A stretch of DNA of 64,000 nt from Camelus ferus. Lineage: Eukaryota. The notes under the pieces are model-generated. The model did no database searches. It saw only the letters and a list, made by a program, of their open reading frames with translations, and was not told the DNA's origin. Made by a program: the position numbers and the translations under genes. The DNA lies in NCBI RefSeq assembly GCF_009834535.1, contig NC_045697.1, positions 88,910,001-88,974,000 on the forward strand, written 5' to 3'. Below, one piece after another: positions 52,821 to 64,000 of the stretch (the first letter of the stretch is position 1; every line of letters begins with the position of its first letter).

Positions 52821-53360
52821 TTTTGTCTGGGAATTTGTTTCTGTTTTGTAGATGAGTTCATTAGCGTCTCCTTTTTTCTTTTTCTTTTTTTTTTTAGATT
52901 CCACATATGAATGATATTATATGATTTTTTTTTTTCTTTTTCTGGCTCACTTCACTTAGAATGATGGTCTCCAGGTTCATCCATGTTGCTGCAAATGGCA
53001 TTATTTTATTCTTTTTTATGGCTGTTTAGTATTCTGTGGTATAAATATAGCTCAGCTTCTCTATCCAGTCATCTTTCAATGGACATTTCAATTGCTTCCA
53101 TGTCTTGGCTATTGTATAGAGTGCTGCTATGAACATTGGGGTGCATGTATCTTTTTGAATTAGAGTTCTCTCTGGATATATATCCAGGAGTGGGATTGCT
53201 GGATTAGTTTTTTGAGGAATCTCCAAACTGTTTTCCATAATGCCTGCACCAAATTACATTCCCACCAACAGGGTAGGAGGGTTCCCTTTTCTCCACAGCC
53301 TCTCCAGCATGTATCGTTTGTGGACTTTTTAATAATGGCCATTCTGACTGGTGTGAGGTG
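52821..53360 (-). mobile_element. L1 ORF2 C-terminus / 3'UTR segment (right part of the interrupted L1)
   Basis: Minus-strand ORF fragments [18 protein letters not shown] and [10 protein letters not shown]...TCTPMFIAALYTIAKTWKQ are L1 ORF2 cysteine-rich C-terminal motifs, frameshifted. Confidence 0.92.
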
Positions 53361-55530
53361 AACTTTTAATGAACAGAAATTTTAAATTTGGATTCCAGTT
53401 TATCAGTCTGTTTCTTCATGGCAGCTGCTTTTGGGGCTCTGTTGCAGATATCCTTCCCTACTCTGACAGCATGAAGACGTTATTGTATGGTATATTCTAG
53501 AAACTGTATTTTTTTTTTCAGTCACATTGATCTATAACGTACCTCAAATTGATTTTTGTGTATGATGTGAAATAGTGGTCAAGTTTCTTCCACACAGATT
53601 TCCAGTCATCCCATCACCATTTATTGAAAAGATCACCTTTTCTCCACTGCTGTGCACTGCCAAGTTTGTGTCTGGTCCTTATGTATGTTCATTTGTGCCT
53701 GGGCTCTCTATTTATATATTGTTGTATTTTTCTATTCTTATAGTACAATGTCTTAATTATATAATTTCATAATAAATCTTAAAATCATTTAAAGTAAGTC
53801 TGTCCAATTTTAAAAAAGTTTTCTTGGTGCTTTTATACATAATTTTAATTCAACTCATCAAGTAAGATGCTTGTAAAATGTGATTATACATTTATCATAA
53901 TAAGGAAGTTCCTAGGTTTTGTAATCTCTTTATCATGAATAGTTGTTGAATTTATCAAATGTTTTTCTGTATCTTTTGTTAATCACAGAATTTTCTTTTC
54001 TATTATGTTAATGTGATAAATTTCATCAATTTTTTCAAATATTAATGTACACTTCTAATTATAAAATAAAAACCAAATAGTAAAACAACAGTATCCTTTT
54101 AAAATATTTACTGGATTTGATTTAATATATTTGTTTAAAATGTTTGCATCCAATTAATGAATAGATTGCTTTGTAAATGTTATTTTTAATAATAATTTTT
54201 ATGTTTTGGCATCAAAGCCTGAATTCATAAAAATAATATAGTGAGTGTTCTCTCTTCTGTTTTCTGAAAGTTTCTGGGAATATGGCATTAAGTATTTTTT
54301 AAGATTTTAGTATCAATTGTGGTTGAAACAATCTAAGCACAGAGTTTCATTGTGAGAAGTTAATATTGCTTACAAATGCTTTTTTAATAGAAGTATTCAT
54401 ATTTGTCAATATTTGTTTTGTTTTTAAATATTTCTAAATTTGCAAATTAACTTGCATAAGATTATTCATATTATGTATAATGCATATCAATGATGCAATC
54501 ATGCAATAATTATTAGTATGACAATATTATGTTTTGTGTGGATGGTTTGTAGCATTCTATCCCATTCATTACTGACATTTATTATTTGTGCCTTTCACTT
54601 TTATCCTTCTAATTATTTTTAGGGACTTAACATTTTTAATGACTTTTCATGAAAACAACTTCACCTCTGTTGATGATTTTAGTATATGATTGTTTTCTAT
54701 TTCACTGACTCCTGTTCTTATTTTCATTATCTTCTTTCTTTTATACTTTTGGGATTTAAATTGCTGTTTGTATGTTGCTAAATTTCTAATTGATTTTTAG
54801 GTTTTTTCTTTCCTAATACATTCATTTAAGGCAATATTTCTCTTTAAACATGACAAGGTATTAAGGTAGCATTTTATGTACTATGAATTGTTATTTGTTT
54901 ATAAATGATTTCCAATATTAAGTATGATTTATTCTCTAACTTTTGAGTTATTTAATAATATGTTGTTTTATTTAAGGACATATAGTATTTTGTAATTACC
55001 TTCTGTTGATTTCTTGCTTTATTATATTGTTGTCAGATTGTATTTTCTGCATAATTTAGATTTTGAAATTTAATGAAACAAGCTTTCAATCTAGCACGTG
55101 GTCATTGTTTTGTTCATGTGCTAAAAAATAATGTGTATATTGTTCTGTGGAGGATCACAGTTCCTTACATATTAAGTAGTTCAATTTTGCAATCTTGTTG
55201 TTCAAATGTGCTATTTGTAATATTTATATTTTTCTACTTTTTCAATCATTTACTGGTAGAAGTATCTCAGAATCTCCTGCTACTGTGAAGTTGTCCATTC
55301 CCTTTTAGTTATGCCAGATTTGACTTTGTATGTTTCTAAGTCATATTTTTAGGTACATACAAATTTATAATTTTTATATCTTTCTGTTGAAACTTTTTTT
55401 AGTATGAAATGTTTCTCTTAATTTCTAGTGATGAGTTTTACCTGTACATCTTTTTTATTTGTATCCATGTCTCTTCCTGTTGCTGTCTCTTTTAGTATTT
55501 TCATGGTGTGTCTTTTTCCATTCTTTAGCT
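53361..55530 (-). mobile_element. Old, highly degenerate L1M ORF2-derived sequence
   Basis: T-rich strand with antisense L1 motifs (catttattgaaaaga, tcatgaatagttgttgaatttatcaaatgtttttctgtatct). Confidence 0.65.
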
Positions 55531-55987
55531 ATAAGCCTTTCTCTCTCTCTCTTTCTTTCTCTCTTTTTTTTTTTTCTTTCTTTTTGTGCTAGGTGATTTA
55601 TTCAATGTTATTTATCAGGTGAGAAATTTCTGTATCAGTTTTGTATATAATCATTGGACATCCTGAATCATGCAGTTTGAATACTCATAATATTTTTCAC
55701 TGGCAAATCTACAAATGGTATTGATAGACATAAACCTTAAAAATAATTCCTCTACATTATTTATTTTAGTGATTTTCATTATTTTTACCATTTTATTTTA
55801 CCATTAAAATATAATGATTATTCACATCAAACAGAACATAGAAGTTGAATGTCATTTTGATAACAAGCTTGGGTCACAGTTAAGTTAAAAAATATGTTAA
55901 AGAGTCATGTATTAGTGTTCATACAGCCTATAAAATATAAGCCTGCTTTCAGAATGTTCAAATTTACTCTTGCTTATGTAGGTTTCC

Positions 55988-56219
55988 TTTTTTTTTTTTG
56001 GTTTAAGGATTTTTTTTATTGTCGTATAGTCAGTTTACAATGTTGTGGCAATTTCTGGTGTACAGCATAATGTTTCAGTCATACATATACATACATTTAT
56101 TCCTTTTCATATTTTTTTATTAGAGGCTACTATAAGGTATTGAATATAGTTCCCTGTGCTATATAGAAAAAAACTTGTTACTTATCTATTTTATATACAG
56201 TAGTTAGTATCTGCAAATC
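55988..56219 (-). mobile_element. 5'-truncated L1 3' end with poly(T) (antisense poly-A tail)
   Basis: ttttttattgtcgtatagtcagtttacaatgttgtg...ttgaatatagttccctgtgctata. Confidence 0.85.
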
Positions 56220-56499
56220 ATTTATATATAGGACATAAAAACTTTTAATATTGTTGGATGTTGTGTTTTATCCTGTTCAACCATATTTCTACTTGTGCAG
56301 TCCCATTTTATTTGCCTTATGTAGTGACAAATAGCCAATGTCAGGTGGGAAGTGAGGTAGTTCAGTTAAAGAATATCTAACTGTGATGCAAATTGGAGAG
56401 AGGATCTCCATTACTTTTTAATAAATTAGACCTCTGCTGTACAAATGGAATTATGGATAGTCTTTAAATAACAACAACCAAACAATAAAAATAACCTTA

Positions 56500-57150
56500 T
56501 CAGCAACAATTACTGAGTGCTCATTATTTGCCAAGCACAGTTCCAAGTTCTTTACGGGTATACTTTTCAAGTATGTTATTGAATGCTTTAAAATAAATGA
56601 GAGTAAAGAAATTAGGTGTTAGAGTAATTAAGGAGGGAAGATCTTGGTATTTTAGGGAAAAAAATGAAGTCACCTCTACTAAAGTTTCATGTGAGTAGAG
56701 ACCTGAGAAAAAATTAAGGAAGTGAGCTTTGAGGTACTTGGTGAAGAACATTGCAGGCAATGGAAATAGCAGACACAAAGGCCTGAACGTGTTCTTGAAG
56801 GGTCGGGAAAAGAACAGGCGGGGTTCAGAATGTCTGCAGCCCAGGGTGAAGAGAGAGAAAGGTGGAGATGAGATCAGAGAGGATGTTGTGGACCAAATAA
56901 GAGAGACTATGGCAAAATCTGCTTTTATGGTAGGTGCTTTCAGAAACTTTGGGAAGATTTTGACATGATTTCACTCACTTTGCATAATTTTCACATTAAC
57001 TGCCACTAAGAGCTGATAGAATGGATTGTAGGAGGCAAGGTCAGAAGAAAAACATTAGTCAGGAATTATTGTAATAGTCCATGGAGAGGTGATGTTGGCC
57101 TGAACTAGCATATTACTGGAGGAGGGCGTGGGGAGCGACTGGATTCTAGC
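56500..57150 (-). mobile_element. L2 fragment
   Basis: caacaattactgagtgctcattatttgccaagcacagttccaag...gagaggtgatgttggcctgaactag. Confidence 0.7.
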
Positions 57151-57164
57151 TGACTTTTCTGCTT

Positions 57165-57510
57165 TAAACATCAATGCCTCAAACCAAACTCCTCCTGTGT
57201 CTCCCACTGACCTCTTCTCCTAATTAACAATCTTTCTTGTCTCAGGAAGTGAGGACTCCATTTTTTCAATTGTTTAGTTCAAATATCCTGAAATCACCCT
57301 TGACCACTCTCTTTTTCCAACACCTTTTGTCACATCATTGATGAATCGTATCAGTCTACCTTTAAGTCATTCCCTTCTAGCCAACTCTCCTGCTACCTTC
57401 TGAATCCAGGCTGCCATTATGTTTTTGCCTACATCATTAAAATAACATTTCAATGGTTCTCCCTTCTTTCATCCTTCCCCCTTAAATATCTTCTCAGTAG
57501 AAGAGGCGGA

Positions 57511-57545
<35 letters not shown>

Positions 57546-57891
57546 GGAGAATCTGTTTAGACCCATCAGATTGTAACAGTCAAAACTCCACATCAGCTTC
57601 TCAGCTCATCAGGAATGGAAGTTGACATCTTTCCTGTTGATGGACCTTAAGGCCCCACATGCTCTGCTGTACCCGGTCTCCCCTTCCTTTTACTTTCACC
57701 CCCTGGGTTCTCACTGTTTCTTGAATATCCTAGGCACATACCACCTTAGTCTTGTGGATTTCTTTCTCCTCTGCTTAAAATATTCTGTCCAAAGAAAACC
57801 ATGTGACTGGCTCTCTTTAGGTCCTTACTCAGAATCATCTCCATGGAGTCTTCCCTGGCAACTCAATCTAAAGTTCCACACCTCTACACCT

Positions 57892-57923
<32 letters not shown>

Positions 57924-58146
57924 CTCTCTCCCTTCTTTGGTTTCCTTCTTAGCATTTATCATTATCATTATTTATTACAATATGCATTTTGCTTATTTCT
58001 GTTGTTTATTGTCTGTCTCCTGTGTTAGAATCTATATTCCATCAGGTCAAAGATTTTCTTTGTTTTATAACTGCTGTCTCCCCAGCATCTAAAACAGTGT
58101 CTGGCATATTCTAGATGTCCAAGGAGTATTTGTTAAATAATGAACA
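57165..58146 (+). mobile_element. L2 fragment with embedded (GA)n (57509-57550) and (CA)n (57892-57919) microsatellites
   Basis: Ends tctccccagcatctaaaacagtgtctggcatattctagatgtccaaggagtatttgttaaataatgaa, an L2 3' tail. Confidence 0.75.
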
Positions 58147-61100
58147 AGTTATTAACAATGGATCCAACTTCCTAGAATAACACCAGACAATTGCTGATAC
58201 AATCATAACTCATTAAAATAAATATCCTATTTTTCAGTTTGGGAGGGAGAAAATAGAAAAAAATTTTAAAGTATGTATGCATGTATTTCTCTGTACATAC
58301 AACAGGAAATAATTTAATTAAGCCAACATTTATTGAACACGTATATGCCCCAAGTCTTTTGCTGGGAGGTGACAAATATAAACATTAATAAACTATGCTT
58401 CTGTACAGAAGTGGTTCAGAATTTGTAATTTTTAAGATGCTGTTGTTGGAACATTTCATGCATGCCAAGAGTGAGGCTATTTCAGTTACTTACATAATCC
58501 TATTTTATATTCTCAAAAGTGACATCTGCTTTGAAAAGCATAGGATTGAAGTGCACCTATATTACTCTCTAGTTTTGTGAGTTTGGACATATTATTTACA
58601 TTCTTAGGTCTAATTTATCTCATTGAATAACAAAGCAGAGTTATTGAGCATAGTCAGTGCATTAATACGTGGAAACTACTTAGCCTAGTGGTTGTAAAAC
58701 AGAAACATTTTAAATATATTAATCATTATTTTACATCTATTCTTTAAATTTATTATTAAAAATCTTGCAAACTAAGTAGTTTCTGAAAACAACTACAATA
58801 TGAATATATAACTGGGGGATGGTATTTATTAAAAACACACACAGGTATGCAGTTGGGGCAATGTTGTATGGAGACACCTCCACTGCTGGTGGGAATGTTA
58901 TTTGCTCCCAAACTTCAGGAAAAATTTGGCCACTGGTATCAAGAGTCTTAAAACTGTGGAACATATATGTGAGGGTCAGATAAAGTCTAAGAACAGAGAG
59001 TCTGTTCAGACAAAAATTCAAAATAAATTTCGTAACATAAAATAAACTAATTGGAAGAATAGTCACAATTAAAGTAACTAAAAGCTATGGTCTTGATCTG
59101 CTAGATAATAGAGAGTTATAATTTTTTAAGGTTTGTTCTTCTAAGACTATGTAATTTGTATTGGAAAAGAGGGACACTGAAGGAACAAAGAGCCTATTAA
59201 GAATTTATAGTAACTGCTCAACTATTTAGTGGAATGGTATTGAGTCGGGGATAACAAAAGTATTTAAAAGTGAAAAATTTGAGAAATATTATAATCGAAG
59301 AATTAACAAAAATTCAAGATTTTTTTTTAATTTTTAAATTTCAGTAACTCTGAGCTTAAAACAGTAAGCATCTTTAACTTTTCCCTCTCTACAGAAATGC
59401 TGAGTCATCTCTAACTAGAAGGGATTAGAAAGATCAATGTTTTCTTAATTAAGGGCATATAATCAAAAGCCTAACAACAACAAAACCCCATAGGTCACTC
59501 AGAAATTTTCACTAATTCAATGTAAATTTAAAAAGTGAAAGATAAATAAAATACTAAAAATAAAATAATTAAAGTTATATGGAGTATTCAAATGAATCAA
59601 AGCTATAAATCTGATTTTAAGAAACTAAATTAAATTATTAAGTGCACTAATTTAATCCAGAAGTGATTTCCCTGTCATTAAATAAAGTATTCTCCCTTTT
59701 GAGTAGTGTAAATATTTCATGTAAATTTCTTTCCCTTAATATTATGTGTGTGTAAAAATTTTATAGTGTTCAAAATATTTTCAAATTTTACTTTTAATTA
59801 ATGTTTAGTGACAGTGGCAAGTAATTAAATGCAAAATGCACCTTTGTTTGGGATTCCGGTGATTTCTTGATTATGAATGGAAAAATTTAACAGAATTTTA
59901 TTCTAATAAGTTTCTTCATTCCAGTTTTTCAGTTTAATCAAACACAGATGGTTTGTACAAAACTAAAATGTTTATCTTTTTTCTTTGGTGTTTATTAGAA
60001 TCTAAACCAACTGCTTATCAGTTAAGAATCTTCCCTTAAATTAAGCATTTGAATAATAAACTATTATAACATAATAGGGACAGATGGATGTTTACACCTA
60101 AACTGAATGATATATAATTTTCATGGTCATCATTTTCCCTTTCAAAAGTCTATTTTGGCTTTTTTCCAGTTTCAATCCACTTCATTAGTCTTTCATGAAT
60201 TGTCCAACATGACAGTTATTTGATTTAACCAATTCAAAGGCATCCTACTGAGTAAGTAATCAAGGCCTGCTGATTCAACATTATACTGTGGAGAATAACT
60301 GTTTCAAACTATATTATTTCTCAGTATATAATAAAGAACACTTGGATTTTAAGTTGGATAAAACCTGACAATTTTCAGCTGAAACTTCCAAGTGGGTAAA
60401 GGTTTATCCACTTATAATTAAAAATACTAAACCTTAACAGTTTGCTTAGGAGATAAATAAACATCCTATGTTCACTTTATATTTTTAAATTTTATGAAAC
60501 TTGATTTGGTGGGGGGAAGCTTTCTGGGATATCTGTCAAACAACTTTTAAACTCTGAAATAATATCAATATTTAACAACTGTCTTTATGATTAAATTAGT
60601 TAGTTTTTTTGTTTTTTATTTTTGTTTTCTTCTATTTTTGTTTTGTTTTGTTTTGCTTGAGGTTCTGGGCACTGTTCCACAGTTCTACACAGTTCTAGCA
60701 AGATGTAAGTTGAGACATTTCCAAAGAAACAACTGTATGCATATTAACCTTTTTATTTGAAACCAAAGATGGTAGAAATTATCTACATATGAATGTACCA
60801 TCTTTCTACTTAAACCACATTTCTTAAAAATAATTCTAGGACATCAGGGAAATATCATTTTCGTTTGTATCAGTTGGTATCCAGTACATGATGTATAATT
60901 CCAGCGTTGATTTCATTGTATTATGATCCTCTTGCTTCTTAAGCTATCATTCAAGTCATTGTCCATAGGCCTCATTATCTTCATCAGCAGAAAGAGAATT
61001 TAAGTGTGTTATGGAAGGAACAAATGATTCTTCCCTCTAGGGTCTGGCTCAGTCTGGAAACTGTTCTTCCAATAGGAAGAAATATTATATTAGGCCCCTT

Positions 61101-62399
61101 TCCAATACTCTTAACAGGCTCAGAAAATTGTCAGCGAAAAAAGAAATGAATAATAAGGAATGATATTTCTAGATAATAATCAACATATGTCTGGCCTTTT
61201 GAGTACAAAGGTGTAATGAAATGCAATTAGTATTGAAATCTTAGCACAAGAAATAAATATTTCTGCTATATGGGACAAGACTATCCTAACTAAAAGTTTC
61301 AACAAAATATGACTAAGAAAAGAGGAGAATTAGGAGTAAATGGAGACAGAGAAAATACTCTGTAGACTTAAATTCTGTAGAAAATTAAATTTAATTATCA
61401 TTCCAGAAAGAGTATTTTGTCACTCTGAGTCTATCTGCTGTCCTTATAAAGGCATAGTTTAAAAGAATCTTTTCATTATTGCTAATACAAGCACATGAAT
61501 GGAACATGAAATAGCAACTGTAAGCAAATTCATGTGTTCAGAAAAGACAGCAAATATTCCTTTTTGAAAGATTTTCACCTGATATTAGATATTATTAAGT
61601 TTGCTTTCCCTAAGGATTGTCTCTTTTCTGTCTGCAATGGAATGAAAAGATTCTTAGCATTAATTATTTTGAAATTTGAGGAGAAATGCACCTTTGGCAT
61701 CATAGATTATATTGAAGCTACTGAAGGATTGATATGTTCCAGATTTCCTTCAGTTTTGTTTTTCCTCCTGCCATAACATGCATAAAGAGAGCACATCAGG
61801 CATATTATCACCTTATCAGTGTATTTTAGTAAAGGGAATGTGCATATTTTTCAAAAATATGAATCAAAATAGTTGGCTGGAAGTTTATAACCTAGAACAG
61901 GGAGGGAATTGAAACATGAGCAAAATGTCCCATAAATTTTACATAAAGATGATAAAATTCATTTTTAAGTATCATTCTGTAGGATCTAAAAATTAAATCT
62001 TGAAACATAAAGAAAAAAATAGTAATTATTAGAATGATCTATAAGACATTGAACTTAAAACTTTGGTTCTGGACATCACTCAAGTCCTTATCTAAAGAAA
62101 ATTATGTGGCTACTGAGTTCTAAAAATATGCAAAACATCAACACATCAACAACCTGTAATTCTATCTTAAAATTATGGAACATTTAATCCTTGTTTTAAT
62201 AATTATTTCCAACTATTCATTCATTCTTTTTTTCTTTCATTATGGGCTAACATTAGAATTTAATGTATTCATCTATAGTAAATGTCTTGAAGGGGTATTT
62301 TCAAATATAGATACAAAACAAACAAAACTAATAATGTAGAAATTTCACTTCTGGTTCATAGGGGTTAGATAATTTATACTAAAATTTCCACCAAATGTA

Positions 62400-64000
62400 A
62401 CTGGAAAATCTGTCATCCAAATTTGGGTATATTCTAGGGATAGAGAAGTGATTTAACATATAGATGTTTGGGTAAATCATTACATTAATAATTAAAGGAA
62501 AAAAGTCATGGAATTTTCCCAGTAGATGCTAGGGAAGCATTTGATCAAATTCAACATACATTCATTATTAAATAATTAGATAAATAAAGCTTTTGGTAAA
62601 ACTAAAAAGAAAAGGGAACTCCCCTAATATTATAAAGAAAAACTAGATCAAAAGTCATACTTAAATGTAATATATTGACATTTTTCTTATAAAGAATGGG
62701 GATAAGGTAAGAATATACTCTATTATATATTTTATTCAACATTATACAGGAATTACTAGTCAGTGCAAAAATATAAGACTTAGAAATAAAACGTTTTAAG
62801 GACTGGTTAAAGAAGAAATAATATTGCCATTATTTATAGATAATATGATTGGGCACACATAAATCTAGAAGGTCTACAGATAAAATACTAGTATAGATAA
62901 ATACGCTTAACACTTTCTGGATAAAAAGTCAAAATACAAAGAAAGCAATTTTATTTTCTTCTTTATTTCCTTATAACTATCCTTACAAACAATATTTGAA
63001 AATAAAATTTTAAAGATGGTAATCTATATAGGAGCACCACAAACAAAATAACTGGAAATGATGTTATAATAGATGTACAACATATCAACATAAAATTTTG
63101 TTAAATATTATTGAGAAAAGTTTTCAAAATAAAAATAAAGGGAAAAGAATATCACATTCATGGAACACGAAGACACTATTTTAAACACATCAGTTCTTTA
63201 GAAATTTTTGTGTAGATTCTATGTAATTTTCCTAAAATTTCTGCAAGGTCTTACATGAATTCACAAATTAATTCTAAATTGCATATAGAAATTCAGAGTC
63301 AAAATTAGAGCAGACAGTTTTTAAGAATGGGAGCACTTACTCTACTGAGTATCACACCTCTTTGCTAGTCTACATGAATTGTAACAGTGCAGCACTGCAT
63401 GGTGATAGATTAATAGAACAATGAATCAAAATAAAGAGTCCAGAAACTGGCCCATTCATAGTTGGATAGCTGAACTTTGACAAAAGTGGTACTGAAAAAC
63501 AGTGAGAAGGATTATCTTTTCATTAATACTCCAGAATGAAAGGTATAACTATAAAAAATAAATAAAATTTAGTTACATCCTTCATACGGTACTCAAAATG
63601 CAGATAGCATAGCAATTAGCTTCTAAAAATTAACAAAGGGGAATGTTTTTATAAACTCTGAGACAGATTTCTTAAGCCAAATATAAAATGCACTAATATT
63701 AAAGAGAAGACTTATAAAATGGATTACATTAAAGATAAGGGATTCTATAACTCAAAAGATAGCATTAAAAAATAAAAATGGAATAAAACATTGCAACACA
63801 TATAACAACAACAAAAGAAACCTCATATAATCTACAAATCAATGAGAAAAAAGTCCAGTAATTAATGGGAGTTGGGACTTGAATAAGCACTTCACTAAAA
63901 TTAATCACTTCAACAATTAACATAGAAAAAGATGTTTGACTTCATTAATAATTGGGGAAATGCCACTAAGACCAAAAATAAGATACTCTTACATACCTAG
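62400..64000 (+). mobile_element. Old degenerate L1 ORF2 (RT to C-terminal region), runs off the window end
   Basis: A-rich strand; tagatgctagggaagcatttgatcaaattcaacat (cf. ORF2 DAEKAFDKIQH), tttatagataatatgatt (cf. FADDMI), aaaataaagagtccagaaa; no intact ORF. Confidence 0.75.

Noticed and set aside
53026..53342. ORFs with real protein motifs
   Set aside because: Frameshifted L1 ORF2 remnants, not a host gene
57622..58092. 156-aa hydrophobic ORF
   Set aside because: Lies within an L2 relic and a (CA)n microsatellite; chance open frame

Overview
AT-rich mammalian genomic DNA. A tRNA-derived SINE resembling camelid Vic-1 suggests a camel, alpaca or llama origin (inference). Bases ~2.4-27.2 kb hold the 3' end of the atypical cadherin gene FAT4 on the + strand, with eight coding exons: 2384-2488, 6310-6617, 11853-11938, 12802-12981, 15158-15282, 16932-17149, 21593-21854 and 24164-26028. 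All introns are GT-AG and phase-consistent. The exons total 3149 nt and encode EGF-like repeats, two laminin-G domains, the transmembrane helix and the cytoplasmic tail ending EQYV. A ~1.2 kb 3'UTR follows, with a likely ATTAAA poly(A) signal at 27177. The remaining ~37 kb looks intergenic and is filled with L1, L2, MIR, MaLR, hAT and Tigger relics. I found no convincing new protein-coding gene or novel multi-gene system. The items most worth a second look are: (1) a solo LTR nested in an L1, with six periodic CCAAT boxes, an octamer and a TATA box; (2) an in-frame 9-bp duplication of the FAT4 last codon plus stop; (3) a weak splice donor upstream of an intronic AATAAA; (4) a local GC/CpG surge at the start of the last exon; (5) a cluster of miRNA sites in the 3'UTR. 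Repeat family names come from recalled consensus sequences, not from a database search, and repeat boundaries are approximate.
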